64,000 bases of DNA from Longimicrobiales bacterium (GCA_965238005.1 OZ250165.1:2336001-2400000); one strand, 5' to 3'. Positions 27,321 to 39,503 are shown, counted from the first letter of the stretch. A program made the numbers and translations. The notes: a model not told the origin generated them from the letters alone.

Positions 27321-29760
27321 CGAGATCCTCCAGAAGTCTTTTTGCGACCTTCCCGACCACCCGATCCACCTCCTTGTCGGTCAATGTCCGATCCCACGCC
27401 TGGAGGCGGAGACGGAACGCGAGCGAGCGCTCGCCCTCTCCCACCCCCTCGCCCCGGTACACGTCGAAGATGGTGATCGCGTCGAGGAGTTCGCCACCCG
27501 ATCCGCGTATGCACTCGAGGACGGACTCTGCCGAGACGTGCTGGGGGACAAGTAGGGCCAGATCACGATCCACCCCCGGAAACTGCGGGAGAGGCCGGAA
27601 TAGGGGCGCGCGATCCAGCTCGGGCTCGGCGGGCAAGAGGAGCTCCATGGCCCACACCGGCCCCGCCCACGTGGGAGCGTCGATTCGGTCCGTGCGGACC
27701 TGGCCGGCCGAACCGACGGTCCTGCCGTCCACCGCCGAGATGATCACCGTAGTGGAAGGCACGAACAGGTCACCGGTAACGGGTCCGCCGTCCCAAGCCT
27801 CGCCCGGCCCTTCGCCGCGGGCCTCGGCGGGGTCGGCCCTCGGGCTCACCGAACCCCCACCCCAACCGGACTCGGCCAACGTCTCCTCCACGAGCCCCTT
27901 CAACGTCCAGAAGTCTACCGCGTCTACTTCCTCGGACCAATGAGCCGGTCGCTGGCGACCCGTGATGGTCAGCGCCACGTGAAGATCCTCGCGAGGTGGA
28001 TCGCCCGAATCACACGCGCTGAAGACCGTCCCGATCTCGAACAGCCGGACGTCCCGAGCGCCACGGGCGAAGTTGTACTCGACGCACCGCAAAAGGGCCG
28101 GGAGAAGCGCGCTCCGCAGGTGGCTCTCCTCTTGGGAGATGGGGTTGCTGATCTCCACGTCTCCTTCGGATTCAGGGGCGAAGGCCGGATTCGTAGCTTC
28201 CAAGAGCCCGGTGCCGGCGAGCGCATGCCTCAGTTCGTCCTCGAGCTGGAAGAGTGGATGGTCCGGTACGGTGGTCGGCCGGGCGGGGCCCAGCTCGTCG
28301 GGGAAGCTGTCGTACCCGTGAGTGCGAGCGATCTCCTCGATGAGGTCCACCTCACGGGTCACGTCGTAGCTTCGGTACCCCGGCACGGTCACGTCGAGCT
28401 CCCCCTCGCCGCCGGCCTCCACACTGAAGCCCAGTGGCTTCAGCAGGCCCTCGATCTCCTCCGCTCCGAGCGGGACGCCCAGCACCTGCTCGACCCGGGC
28501 CAGCCGGAGCGTCAGCGAAAAGGGCTCCCAAGGCCGTGGCAGAACTTCCATGATCGGCCCATCGATCTCGCCACCCGCCGTAGCAAGGATGACCTCCAGG
28601 ACCCGCTTCACTGCTGGGACGTGTCCTTCCGGATCGACTCCCCTCTCGAATCGGTAGCTGGCGTCCGTGGAGATGCCCAGAGCCCGCCGGGTCCTCCGGA
28701 TGGACTTCGGCTCGAAGAGAGCGCACTCGAGCAGGATCTCCGAGGTCTCCTCTGTCACCGCCGAGTGAAGCCCACCCATGATGCCACCGATGTCGTGGGG
28801 CACTGAGGCGTCACAGATCATGAGCATCTCGGACTCGAACTCGTGCTCCAGGCCGTCCAGGGTCTCCATCGTCTCCCCGTCCTTCGCCTTCCGCACGACC
28901 AGCCGCGACCCCTCGAGCTTTCCGAGGTCGTAGGCGTGCATGGGGTTGCCCATCTCAAGCATCACATAGTTCGTGGCATCGACCACGTTATTGATGGGCT
29001 GCTGTCCCACGGCCCGCAGTCGCCGGGCGAGCCAATCCGGAGAGGGGGCCACTTGCACGCCGCGGATGATCACACCGAGGAATCGGTAACAGAGCTCAGG
29101 CTCGTCGATGCGGATGCCGACCCCGGCGTGCGTCACCTCCAGCTCGCCCGTCTTGACCTCGAGATCAAGATCCGGGGCGCCAGGGATGGCTGGCAGCACG
29201 ATGCCGTCGACTCCACCCGGCGCCACTTCCCTGGCCACTCCCACTTGGGATAGTAAGTCGCCCCGGTTGGGCGTCACCTCAACATCCAAGCGCACGTCGT
29301 CGAGGGCCAGAGCCTCGGTGAGGGGCTGGCCCAGCGAGACCTCGCCGGTCAGATGCATGATGCCCGCCTGGTCCCGTCCCAGGCCCAACTCCTTCTCGGA
29401 GCAGAGCATCCCGTTGGAGTACTCGCCCCGGATCTTGGCCCGCTCGAGCTTGAAGTCGCCCGGCAGGGTCACGCCTACGCCCGCGAAGGGATAGAATCCG
29501 CCCTCGTGGATGACCGGAGCACCGCAGACCACCTGGAGCGTCTCCTCGCCGTTATTCACCTCGCAGAGGGAGAGCCGGTCGGCGTTTGGGTGCTGACGCA
29601 CGGACTCCACCCGGGCCACGACGACCTCCTCCAGCCCGGCGCCCAGGAACGCGGTGCCCTCTACCGGCGCTCCGCGGGTGGCGAGATGCTCCACCACCTC
29701 CTCGACGCCCATCTCCAGGCCCGGTACCATGGCCTCGAGCCAGGCGAACGAGATGTTCAT
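27301..29760 (-). CDS. pheT: phenylalanine--tRNA ligase beta subunit
   Basis: True start MNISFAWL at 29760 overlaps the pheS stop. 'HPNADRL', 'TPNRGD.LS', 'RFERGVD'. Confidence 0.97.
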   Translation of the reverse strand: MNISFAWLEAMVPGLEMGVEEVVEHLATRGAPVEGTAFLGAGLEEVVVARVESVRQHPNADRLSLCEVNNGEETLQVVCGAPVIHEGGFYPFAGVGVTLPGDFKLERAKIRGEYSNGMLCSEKELGLGRDQAGIMHLTGEVSLGQPLTEALALDDVRLDVEVTPNRGDLLSQVGVAREVAPGGVDGIVLPAIPGAPDLDLEVKTGELEVTHAGVGIRIDEPELCYRFLGVIIRGVQVAPSPDWLARRLRAVGQQPINNVVDATNYVMLEMGNPMHAYDLGKLEGSRLVVRKAKDGETMETLDGLEHEFESEMLMICDASVPHDIGGIMGGLHSAVTEETSEILLECALFEPKSIRRTRRALGISTDASYRFERGVDPEGHVPAVKRVLEVILATAGGEIDGPIMEVLPRPWEPFSLTLRLARVEQVLGVPLGAEEIEGLLKPLGFSVEAGGEGELDVTVPGYRSYDVTREVDLIEEIARTHGYDSFPDELGPARPTTVPDHPLFQLEDELRHALAGTGLLEATNPAFAPESEGDVEISNPISQEESHLRSALLPALLRCVEYNFARGARDVRLFEIGTVFSACDSGDPPREDLHVALTITGRQRPAHWSEEVDAVDFWTLKGLVEETLAESGWGGGSVSPRADPAEARGEGPGEAWDGGPVTGDLFVPSTTVIISAVDGRTVGSAGQVRTDRIDAPTWAGPVWAMELLLPAEPELDRAPLFRPLPQFPGVDRDLALLVPQHVSAESVLECIRGSGGELLDAITIFDVYRGEGVGEGERSLAFRLRLQAWDRTLTDKEVDRVVGKVAKRLLEDLGVEQRL

Positions 29761-30800
29761 CGAGCCCCTCCGTGCGCGAACTGGGAGAGAAAGCGGACGT
29801 CGTTCTCGAAAAACAGCCGGAGATCGGGCACGCCATACTTCAGGAGTGCGATCCGGGCCGGCCCCATGCCAAAGGCGAACCCCGTGTAGCGCTCCGCGTC
29901 GTAGCCGACGTTCTCGAGGACGTTGGGGTCCACCATGCCGGCGCCCATGATCTCGATCCAATCGGACTCGACCCTGGTGCCGTCCTTCATGATGAGTTGA
30001 CGCTTCACGTCCACCTCTGCGCTGGGCTCGGTGAAGGGGAAGAAGGAAGGACGGAAGCGGACCTTCGTACCCGGACCCCAAAATCGGAGCGCGAATTCGG
30101 CCAACGTCGCCTTGAAGTCCACGAAGGTGATCCCTTCGTCCACCACCAGCCCCTCGATCTGTGCGAAGGCGGGTGTGTGGGTGGCGTCGTACGTGTCCCT
30201 CCGGTAGACCACTCCCGGGGCCAGAATCCGGATGGGGGGTGGATAGTGCTCCATGACCCGAACCTGGACGGGAGAGGTGTGGCTGCGGAGGAGCACCGAA
30301 TCCTTCAGGTAAAGCGTGTCCTGCTCGTCGGCCGCCGGATGATCGAGGGGCGTGTTCAGCGCTAAGAAGTTGTACCACTCCGTGTCGGCCTCGGGCCCTC
30401 GGGCGCGCACGAAACCCAATCCACGGAAGATCTGCCAGATCTCGTTCACAACCTGGTTGACCGGATGGATCCCGCCCTTCCAACGAGCGCGGCCCGGCAG
30501 GGTGAGATCCTCGGCGAGACCGGTGGGGGCGACCTCCCCGGCCAACTCACCCGCCCGCTCCTCCAGAGCCTCCTGGAGAGCCTCCTTCACCCGGTTCGCG
30601 TCGGCGCCCACCGCGGGACGTTCCGACACGTCCAGAGCACCCAACCCGCGCAGAAGCGAGGAGATGCGACCCTCTTTGCGGCCCAAGTACGCGATGCGCA
30701 ACGCTTCCAGCGTATCTGCGTCGGTGGCCGCCTTTATGGCGGCCAGAGCCTCGGTCTCGAGAGCCTTGAGGGTATCGACGAGAGAGTTAGAATCGCTCAT
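29757..30800 (-). CDS. pheS: phenylalanine--tRNA ligase alpha subunit
   Basis: 'LRSHTSPVQ', 'FRPSFFPFTEPSAE', 'GFAFGMG'. Confidence 0.97.
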   Translation of the reverse strand: MSDSNSLVDTLKALETEALAAIKAATDADTLEALRIAYLGRKEGRISSLLRGLGALDVSERPAVGADANRVKEALQEALEERAGELAGEVAPTGLAEDLTLPGRARWKGGIHPVNQVVNEIWQIFRGLGFVRARGPEADTEWYNFLALNTPLDHPAADEQDTLYLKDSVLLRSHTSPVQVRVMEHYPPPIRILAPGVVYRRDTYDATHTPAFAQIEGLVVDEGITFVDFKATLAEFALRFWGPGTKVRFRPSFFPFTEPSAEVDVKRQLIMKDGTRVESDWIEIMGAGMVDPNVLENVGYDAERYTGFAFGMGPARIALLKYGVPDLRLFFENDVRFLSQFAHGGAR

Positions 30801-30927
30801 ATATGAACGTGTTCACCTCGGTTGAGGGCAACAACTTACGCTGGTCATACCCATAGCCGTCAATAGCAAGGGGCCCCGCGACTGAATCGTCGCGAAGCCC
30901 CTGGCATACCGTGGTCGTACGGGGAGG

Positions 30928-31290
30928 CTACCCAGCTTCGAGCCCCTCTTTGGCACGGTCCGCCAAGGCACCAAAGGCCTCCGGACTGCGCACGGCGAGA
31001 TCCGCCAGCGCTTTGCGGTCCAGGTCGATCCCGGCGCGCTTGAGTCCGTTCATGAACCGAGAGTACGAGAGCTCATTCTCACGGGCGGCGGCGTTGATCC
31101 GGGTGATCCAGAGGCGCCTGAAGTTGCGCTTCTTCTTCTTCCGGTCCCGGTACGCGTGCTCCCAGCCCTTCTCTACGGCGTCCTTGGCGGTGCGGTACAG
31201 GTTCTTTCGGCCGCCGAAGTACCCTTTGGCCGCCTTGAAAATCTTCTTCTTCCGTTTGTTACGAGCGGGAGATGAAGTCGCTCTTGGCAT
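30928..31290 (-). CDS. rplT: 50S ribosomal protein L20
   Basis: '[19 protein letters not shown]'. Confidence 0.98.
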   Translation of the reverse strand: MPRATSSPARNKRKKKIFKAAKGYFGGRKNLYRTAKDAVEKGWEHAYRDRKKKKRNFRRLWITRINAAARENELSYSRFMNGLKRAGIDLDRKALADLAVRSPEAFGALADRAKEGLEAG

Positions 31291-31308
31291 CGAAGCCTCT
31301 CCTTTCGC

Positions 31309-31506
31309 CTACGACCCTGGAAGGAGTCGCCCCATGCGCTTCTCGTCGGCCTTGCTCACCAAGGTGGCAGAACGGAGACGGCGCTTCCTCTTCTTTGACT
31401 TCTTGGTGAGGATGTGGCTCTTGTTCGCCCGCATCCGCCGGATCTTACCCGATCCGGTTCGGCGGAGGCGCTTTGCCGCACCTCGGTTGGTCTTCATCTT
31501 CGGCAT
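31309..31506 (-). CDS. rpmI: 50S ribosomal protein L35
   Basis: '[13 protein letters not shown]...HILTKKS'. Confidence 0.97.
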   Translation of the reverse strand: MPKMKTNRGAAKRLRRTGSGKIRRMRANKSHILTKKSKKRKRRLRSATLVSKADEKRMGRLLPGS

Positions 31507-31515
31507 CTCATCTAC

Positions 31516-32028
31516 TCACTTGAGGGGTGCCAGAACCATGGACATGATCCGCCCCTCGAAACTCGGCTCGGATTCGACCTTTCCCACGTCCTCGAGGTCC
31601 TCGGTGACCCGAATGAGAACATCGCGCCCCAACTCGGGGTGCGTCACCTGCCGTCCCCGAAACATCATCGTCAGCTTGACCTTGTTCCCTTCGCTCAGGA
31701 ACCGCCGAGCATGACGGACTTTGAAGTCGTAGTCGTGATCCTCGATCCCCGGGCGAAACTTCACCTCTTTGACCTGAACGTGGTGCTGTTTTTTCTTCGC
31801 CTCCCGGGCCGCCCGCTGTGCCTCGTACTTGTATTTCCCGTAGTCCATCAGCTTGACTACTGGAGGTCGAGCCTCCGGAGCGACTTCCACCAGATCCAGG
31901 CCCCTGTCCTGGGCTAGGTCCCGCGCATCCTCGATGGAAACAATCCCGACTTGCCCTCCCAATTCGTCGATCAACCGGACCGGACTGATCCGGATCTGAT
32001 CGTTCACACGGACTTTTTGCTCGGTGAT
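31516..32028 (-). CDS. infC: translation initiation factor IF-3 (probable ATC start)
   Basis: 'RVNDQIR...VRLID', 'DYGKYKY', 'VKEVKFRP'. AAGGAG lies 6 nt before an in-frame ATC at 32028. Confidence 0.95.
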   Translation of the reverse strand: MTEQKVRVNDQIRISPVRLIDELGGQVGIVSIEDARDLAQDRGLDLVEVAPEARPPVVKLMDYGKYKYEAQRAAREAKKKQHHVQVKEVKFRPGIEDHDYDFKVRHARRFLSEGNKVKLTMMFRGRQVTHPELGRDVLIRVTEDLEDVGKVESEPSFEGRIMSMVLAPLK

Positions 32029-32084
32029 CTTCCTCTCCTTCATTAGGTTCGGCGGAGCCCAGGCCTCGAAACCCCAGCTCATCC

Positions 32085-32245
32085 ACAACAAAAAAGCCCG
32101 GAATTCTCCGGGCCACAAGGGTCACGAAGCACCGGGGGCATGCCTCTCCGGTCGCCCGTTCTCCTCGACCCGGCGGTATCCACGTCGTCCGTGAAACCGA
32201 AAGGTGGAGCCGCTCGCGCGCGACTCACTTCCGTTTTGTCCGTGT
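32085..32245 (-). promoter_or_regulatory. L20-leader-like attenuator upstream of infC-rpmI-rplT
   Basis: 5' GAAGTGAG..GC...GCGGCTCCACCT segment and terminator GCCCGGAGAATTCCGGGC-TTTTTT (32089-32113). Confidence 0.55.
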
Positions 32246-32404
32246 CCCGGGCTTCAGGACCCGAGAAAGATCACGGAGATCCCCGGGCCCGTCAAGGTGG
32301 CGGGCACCCCCGGGAACGGGAAGCGTCGGTGAGGCTGGCAGGGATCACATCCAAAGCGTACCGTAGCGGTTACTAGGCAATGTCACATCCCCAAGAGGCA
32401 GGTG

Positions 32405-32605
32405 ATGAGGGTCCCCAGCCGCAAGCTGATCGCGGTGGGCAAATACCTCCTCAAGCAGAAGCTGAAGAGGAACGAGCGGTACCCTCTAGTTCTCATGCTG
32501 GAGCCCCTTTCCCGGTGCAGTCTAGCGTGTCAGGGGTGTGGGAAGATCGACTACCCCGACGAGATCCCGCGCCTCGTGATCCATGTCGTCGCCACCCTTG
32601 GCTGA
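32405..32605 (+). pseudogene. hpnH: hopanoid radical SAM HpnH, N-terminal stub
   Basis: 'GKYLLKQKL...[27 protein letters not shown]' then homology stops at about codon 54. Confidence 0.88.
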
Positions 32606-33671
32606 TCCCTCCCCGTCCCGCGAGGGGCCGGGCGCCGACAGGAGGGATGACCGGCTCCAAGACGACATGTTGCGGGAGGTCTCGCGGACCTTCGCCCTGA
32701 CCATCCCCGTGCTTCCCGAAGAGCTGCGGAGGGTGGTGGGTAACGCCTACCTGCTCTGCCGCATCGTGGACACGGTGGAGGACGAGCCCACCCTGGACGG
32801 TAGCCAAAAGGCTCGATTCTCGGGTGAGTTCGTGCGAGTCCTGCGGGGAGAGCTCGACCCGCAGAGATTCGCGGAGAAGCTGGCCCCGCTCCTGTCGGAC
32901 GCCACCCTTCCCGCAGCCCGTAAGCTCATCCGTCAGACGCCCTACGTCCTCTCGATCAACCGATCGCTCGACGGTAGGCAGCGAGCGGCCATCGAGCGAT
33001 GCGTAGGTGTCATGGCCGACGGCGTGGTGGAGTTCCAGACCGGCGACGGGCCTCCGGGGCTTCCCGACCAGGAGGCGATGGACAGATACTGCTATCACGT
33101 GGCCGGAGTCGTCGGTGAGTTGCTCACGGAGTTGTTCTGCCTGCACCTCCCGATTCTGGAGTCCCAACGGGACGAGATGATGGCCCTGGGTCGCTCCTTC
33201 GGTCAGGGCCTCCAGATGACCAACATCCTGAAAGACGTCTGGGACGACCTGGAACGGGGAGCATGCTGGCTGCCACGGAGTGTCTTCGACGAGGCCGGGG
33301 TCGACTTGAGCGAGCTGCAGCGCGGACAGCGCAGAGCCGAGTTCGAACGTGGTCTGAGTGAGCTCATCGGCATCACCCATGGCCACTTGGCAAACGCACT
33401 CGACTATACGATCCGGATCCCCGCGTCGGAGGCCGGCATTCGCATCTTCTGCCTCTGGACCCTGGGGATGGCCATCCTCACGTTACGGAAGATCCACTGC
33501 AATCGCGGATACACCTCGGGATCCCAGGTGAAGATCGGCCGGCGCTCGGTCCGAGCCATGGCCGTGCTGAGCCGCGTCTTGGCCAGGTGCGAACCGGTCG
33601 TGCGTACTCTCTTCGGCATTGCCGGACTGGGGATCCCCAGGACCGTCATCAAGGCCGATGCGCCAGTCTGA
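32583..33671 (+). CDS. squalene/phytoene synthase family protein (single-enzyme squalene synthase type)
   Basis: 'VSRTFALTI', '[12 protein letters not shown]', '[10 protein letters not shown]', '[14 protein letters not shown]'. Intact, 362 aa. Confidence 0.9.
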   Translation: MSSPPLADPSPSREGPGADRRDDRLQDDMLREVSRTFALTIPVLPEELRRVVGNAYLLCRIVDTVEDEPTLDGSQKARFSGEFVRVLRGELDPQRFAEKLAPLLSDATLPAARKLIRQTPYVLSINRSLDGRQRAAIERCVGVMADGVVEFQTGDGPPGLPDQEAMDRYCYHVAGVVGELLTELFCLHLPILESQRDEMMALGRSFGQGLQMTNILKDVWDDLERGACWLPRSVFDEAGVDLSELQRGQRRAEFERGLSELIGITHGHLANALDYTIRIPASEAGIRIFCLWTLGMAILTLRKIHCNRGYTSGSQVKIGRRSVRAMAVLSRVLARCEPVVRTLFGIAGLGIPRTVIKADAPV

Positions 33672-34090
33672 AGTCGGCGGGATCCGGGGGGACGTGCGTC
33701 TTCGCCTGGAGAGCGCGTCCGTTTCGGCAGAGCCGGTCCCCAACCGGCGGGACTCCGGGCGCTCAGAGCTGGACGCAGCCATTCGCCGCGGTGCGGAGGC
33801 GCTGATCAGGGCCCAGCAGGACGACGGTCACTGGTGCTATCCCCTGGAGGCCGACTGCACGATTCCGGCCGAGTACGTCACGAGCGACGTGAGCGCCCGC
33901 TGCGCCTTGCTCCTGGGAACGGTGGCAAGGGGCCCCGAGCTGGACCGCGCGCTCGCACGCTGCGTCGAGTTCCTGCGGGGAGAGCATGAAGAGGACGGCA
34001 GCGAGGGGAGCCCCGAGAGAGCGGGAGAGCCCGGCGGTTACGAAGATCCCCGGAGTGATGGAAACGAGGACTCCATCCACGGGGGAACCA
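33658..34090 (+). pseudogene. shc: squalene-hopene cyclase, internally deleted
   Basis: 'Q.DDGHWCYPLEADCTIPAEYV' joined directly to 'TSDVSARC' and QW-like 'EHEEDGS'. No DXDD motif. Confidence 0.85.
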
Positions 34091-34093
34091 CCA

Positions 34094-35110
34094 TGATCGC
34101 CGCAGTGCGGGAGCTGGCCATCGCCGTGGAGTCGTTCCTGGAAGGGGACCGCTACGAGATCCCATGGAGCGAGGTGATCCTTGGGGGGGGGACGCGGAGG
34201 GCGGGCGAAAGCGTGTTCACGTCTCCATCGTCCCGGAGCTGGATCACGGACGGATTCTTCCGGCTGGCGGGACCATGGTGACGATTCGCGAGGTCGCCGC
34301 CGAGGTCGAATCCGATGGAATGCAGTGGGTGCACGTGCGCACCACGGGCCAGACCCCCTCGAGCACGAAGAGCTCGAGGGGGTCAGCCGATCCGCCGTCG
34401 TGACGGGCCTCTTCACCATGGTCATGGTCTGCCTGACGTTGCTGGTAGGCTTGGGATCCCAACCACGTCGCTGGGATTCTTCGCGTTTCTCCCCACCGCC
34501 TAGGCAGGGGTGGCCGAGCTGGGTCTCATATCGGGGACCAGCATGTTCATCGGGTTGATCATGGCGCTGACCCTTCTGCCGACCCTCATGGAGGCCCTGC
34601 CGGTACGGTCGCCGAGAGCATTGGAGCAGCCACCCGTCTGGAAGGCTCTCGCCGAGCCCTTCGTCGCCCTTCCCTACCGCCACCGGGGCCTGGTACGGCT
34701 GAGCTCCGCGACGCTCGGGATCGCCGCCCTTCTCCTGCTGACGCAAGGCGTGCTTCGACTCCAACCCGAACAACCTGCGGGACCCCTCGAGCGAGCCGGT
34801 CTCCACGTTCGAGGACCTGCTGAGCAATTCAGGATCGTCTCCCTGGACCCTGAGCGTCCTGGAGAGCGCTGGCACCGGACCGGGTGGCGCCGCGGCCCGC
34901 CTGGCAGAGCTGTCCGCGGTTTCTGGGACACGGACGCTGGAGGATCTGGTGCCCTCCGATCAGGAAGCCAAACTGGCGATCCTGGGTGACATCCGGGATC
35001 TCTTCCACGTGTGTCCTGAGCCGGGAGCCCGGATGTCCCTGGAAGACGCTCCGACCCAAATCCAGGCGCAGAACTTCTTCGAAGAGTTGAAGGCGCGGGT
35101 GGGAAACTAG
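34094..35110 (+). pseudogene. hpnN: hopanoid MMPL/RND transporter HpnN, fragmented
   Basis: Pieces in several frames: 'VRTTG..LEHEEL', 'GFFAFLPTA*AGVAELGLISG..M', 'FDSNPNNLRDP'. In-frame TAG at 34501. Confidence 0.8.
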
Positions 35111-35129
35111 GAGTCCGACAGCGGCCTAG

Positions 35130-35280
35130 GGAGGTCGGTCGGTCCCCTCGCTCCCTGCTGGCCGGGGCTCCGCGGGAGGTCGGGCGATCCCCTCGCTCCC
35201 TGCTGTCCAGGGCTCCGCCGCCCCACCCTGCCACCGCCTTTAGCCCCTCCCAGACGGTCGCTCGGGGGCCGCCCGACCTC
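35130..35280. repeat. MITE-like element with internal 45-bp tandem duplication
   Basis: GAGGTCGGTCGGTCCCC / GGGGGCCGCCCGACCTC imperfect IR between CTAG 35126-35129 and CTAG 35281-35284. Repeat units at 35129-35173 and 35174-35218. Confidence 0.6.
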
Positions 35281-37200
35281 CTAGCCCAGAGTCCTGCTCA
35301 TCACCTCGCCCACCAGCTGGGTGATGAACTGGGCCCGGTCGATGATGTCCTGCTTCTTGCCGGCCCCCCGCTTCCGTACGGCCACGGTGCCGGCTTCGGC
35401 CTCCCGTTCGCCGATGACGGCCATGTAGGGGATCTTGTGCACTTCGGCGTCGCGGATGCGGTAGCTGAGCGTCTCCCGGCCCACGACCTTCCCACGGATC
35501 CCCGCAGCGTCGAGTTGGCCGGCGAACTCGTCGGCCGAGTCGACCCACTGCTCCGAGATGGGCAGGACCCGCACCTGCTCGGGGGCCAGCCACAGGGGGA
35601 ACGCCCCGGCGTAGTGCTCGATGAGGCCGCCTACGAAGCGCTCCATGGAGCCCACCAGCACCCGGTGCAGCATGACGGGACGATGGCGCTCGTTGTCCTC
35701 GCCCACGTACTCCAGCTCGAAGCGCTCAGGCAGGTTGAAGTCGAGCTGGACTGTGGGGCCTTGCCACTCGCGGCCGATGGCGTCGATGAGCTTGAAGTCG
35801 AGCTTGGGTCCGTAGAAGGCGCCTCCCCCGATGTCGTATTCGAAGGGCACACCACGAGCTTCGAGGGTGTCGGCCAGGGTCTTCACCGCCGAATCCCACT
35901 CCTTGTCGGTGCCCAGCGCCTTTTCCTCGGGCTTGGTGGCCAGGGCGATGGTGTACGGATAGCCGAAGGCGGAAAGCATCTCGTCTACCAGATCCAAGAG
36001 CCGCTCGACTTCGCCGGTGACCTGCTCGGGCGTGCAGAAGATGTGGGCATCGTCCTGGGTGAAGCCCCGGACCCTGAGCATGCCGTGGAGCACGCCACTC
36101 CGCTCATAGCGGTACACGGTGCCGAACTCGGCCATCCGGATGGGCAGGTCCCGGTAGGACCGCTGGTCGGCCTCGTAGATGGCGATGTGGCCCGGGCAAT
36201 TCATGGGCTTGGGACGGTACGCGTTGCCCTCCACGTCGATGGCCCCGAACATCCCTTCCTTGAAGTTCTCCAGGTGGCCCGAGATCTCGAACAGCTTCTC
36301 GCTCATGATGTGGGGCGTGTACACCAGGTCGTATCCGTGCCGGACTACGAGCTCCCGTTCAAAGGTCTCGATCTCGGTGCGGATCACGGACCCCTTCGGG
36401 TGCCACAGGATGAGGCCCGGACCCACCCGGGCGTCGGTGGAGAAGAGATCCAGCTCCCGGCCCAGGACCCGGTGATCCCGTTTCTTGGCCTCCTCCAGGC
36501 GCTCGAGATGGTCGCTCAGGTCCGACTTCTTGAAGAAGGCGGTACCGTAGATGCGCTGAAGCATCTGGCGGCTCTCGTCCCCCCGCCAGTACGCCCCCGC
36601 CCCGGAGAGGAGCTTGAAGTGCTTGAGTCGGCCGGTGGACGGCACATGGGGCCCGCGGCAGAGATCGAGGAACGGCCCGTCCCGATAGACCGTGATGACC
36701 TCGTCCTCGCTGAACTCCTCCAGGCGCTCCAGCTTCAGCGGATCGTCGGCGAAGAGCTCTCGGGCCTCCTCAACGGTCACGACACGGCGCTCGAAGGCGT
36801 AGTCGGCGTCCACTACTTCGGCCATCTTGGCCTCGAACGTCTCCAGATCCTCCGGAGTGAAGGGCTTCTCCACGTCAAAGTCGTAGTAGAAGCCGTCGTC
36901 GATGGCCGGCCCGAACCCGATCCCCGCACCCGGGCGCAGCTCGCGCACGGCCGTAGCCAGCACGTGGGCGGCGGAGTGCCGCAGCAGGGCAAGGGCGTCA
37001 GTGTCTCGATCCGTGATGATCCTCAGGCTGGCATCGGCTTCGATGGTATGGAAGACGTCGACCGTGTGGCCGTCCACCTCACCCGCCAGGGCCGCCTTGG
37101 CCAATCCGGGGCCGATAGCCGCCGCAACATCCGCGACGCTGGATCGCTCGGGCACCTCCAGGACCGTCCCGTCCGGGAGGGTCACCTTGATATCCGCCAT
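35281..37200 (-). CDS. thrS: threonine--tRNA ligase
   Basis: 'RHSAAH', 'DLCRGPH', 'KPMNCPGH', 'RVRGFTQDDAH', 'AFYGPK.D'. Confidence 0.98.
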   Translation of the reverse strand: MADIKVTLPDGTVLEVPERSSVADVAAAIGPGLAKAALAGEVDGHTVDVFHTIEADASLRIITDRDTDALALLRHSAAHVLATAVRELRPGAGIGFGPAIDDGFYYDFDVEKPFTPEDLETFEAKMAEVVDADYAFERRVVTVEEARELFADDPLKLERLEEFSEDEVITVYRDGPFLDLCRGPHVPSTGRLKHFKLLSGAGAYWRGDESRQMLQRIYGTAFFKKSDLSDHLERLEEAKKRDHRVLGRELDLFSTDARVGPGLILWHPKGSVIRTEIETFERELVVRHGYDLVYTPHIMSEKLFEISGHLENFKEGMFGAIDVEGNAYRPKPMNCPGHIAIYEADQRSYRDLPIRMAEFGTVYRYERSGVLHGMLRVRGFTQDDAHIFCTPEQVTGEVERLLDLVDEMLSAFGYPYTIALATKPEEKALGTDKEWDSAVKTLADTLEARGVPFEYDIGGGAFYGPKLDFKLIDAIGREWQGPTVQLDFNLPERFELEYVGEDNERHRPVMLHRVLVGSMERFVGGLIEHYAGAFPLWLAPEQVRVLPISEQWVDSADEFAGQLDAAGIRGKVVGRETLSYRIRDAEVHKIPYMAVIGEREAEAGTVAVRKRGAGKKQDIIDRAQFITQLVGEVMSRTLG

Positions 37201-37282
37201 GTTCGTTCAGTTCCGTCGTTTCACTTGCCACCTGGAGTGGCAAAAAAAGTAGTGGAGTCGGGAGAAAAAGCCACCAACCTGA

Positions 37283-37325
37283 AAAGACGACGGCCCGGCC
37301 ACCATAGGGTAACCGGGCCGCCGCG
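37283..37325 (-). terminator. intrinsic terminator after groEL
   Basis: CGGCCCGG...CCGGGCCG stem followed by TCTTTT on the minus strand. Confidence 0.55.
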
Positions 37326-37412
37326 AAGGATGGGGGCACCGACTCCCGACCTCCCGAAGGGATGCTCGTGAGCCGGTGCCCGTCTTTACGACACTATGGT
37401 GTCTCGAAGACG

Positions 37413-39050
<1,638 letters not shown>

Positions 39051-39108
39051 TTACTTACTCCTGTGTGTCTCTATAGAAAGTCGCCGAATCCGCGCCGATT
39101 TCACCGCT

Positions 39109-39426
39109 CTACCCCATGACCGCCAGGATGTCGGATTCGCGTAGAATGAGGAACTCTTCCCCGTCGATCGTCACGTCGGTACCGCTGTACTTGCCGTAGA
39201 GGACGGTCTGCCCGACCTCAACGTCGGGCTCCACCCGCACGCCCTCGTCCGACAGCTTACCGGGTCCCACCGCCACGATCTTGCCCTGCTGTGGCTTCTC
39301 CTTTGCGGTGTCCGGAATGTAGAGGCCCCCACGCATCTGCTCGTCTTCCTCGAGGGGCGTCACCACCACACGGTCCGCAAGGGGCTTGATCTTGGTCGCA
39401 GCCTTGGTCGCAGTCTTCGTCGCCAT
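39109..39426 (-). CDS. groES: co-chaperonin GroES
   Basis: 'IKPLADRV', '[15 protein letters not shown]', 'ESDILAV'. Confidence 0.98.
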   Translation of the reverse strand: MATKTATKAATKIKPLADRVVVTPLEEDEQMRGGLYIPDTAKEKPQQGKIVAVGPGKLSDEGVRVEPDVEVGQTVLYGKYSGTDVTIDGEEFLILRESDILAVMG

Positions 39427-39476
39427 CCGAAATGCCTCCTGCTAACTGGTTGGGTCACTTGAAGTTCGGTGTTTTG

Positions 39477-39503
39477 TTAGCACTCATATCGAACGAGTGC
39501 TAA
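39477..39503. promoter_or_regulatory. CIRCE element (HrcA operator)
   Basis: Perfect TTAGCACTC-N9-GAGTGCTAA upstream of groES. Confidence 0.96.

Noticed and set aside
29761..30483. N-terminal extension of PheT (1060-aa ORF)
   Set aside because: Open frame overlapping pheS. The real start is MNISFAWL at 29760.
35129..35218. CRISPR array
   Set aside because: Two adjacent 45-bp copies without spacers, and no cas genes.
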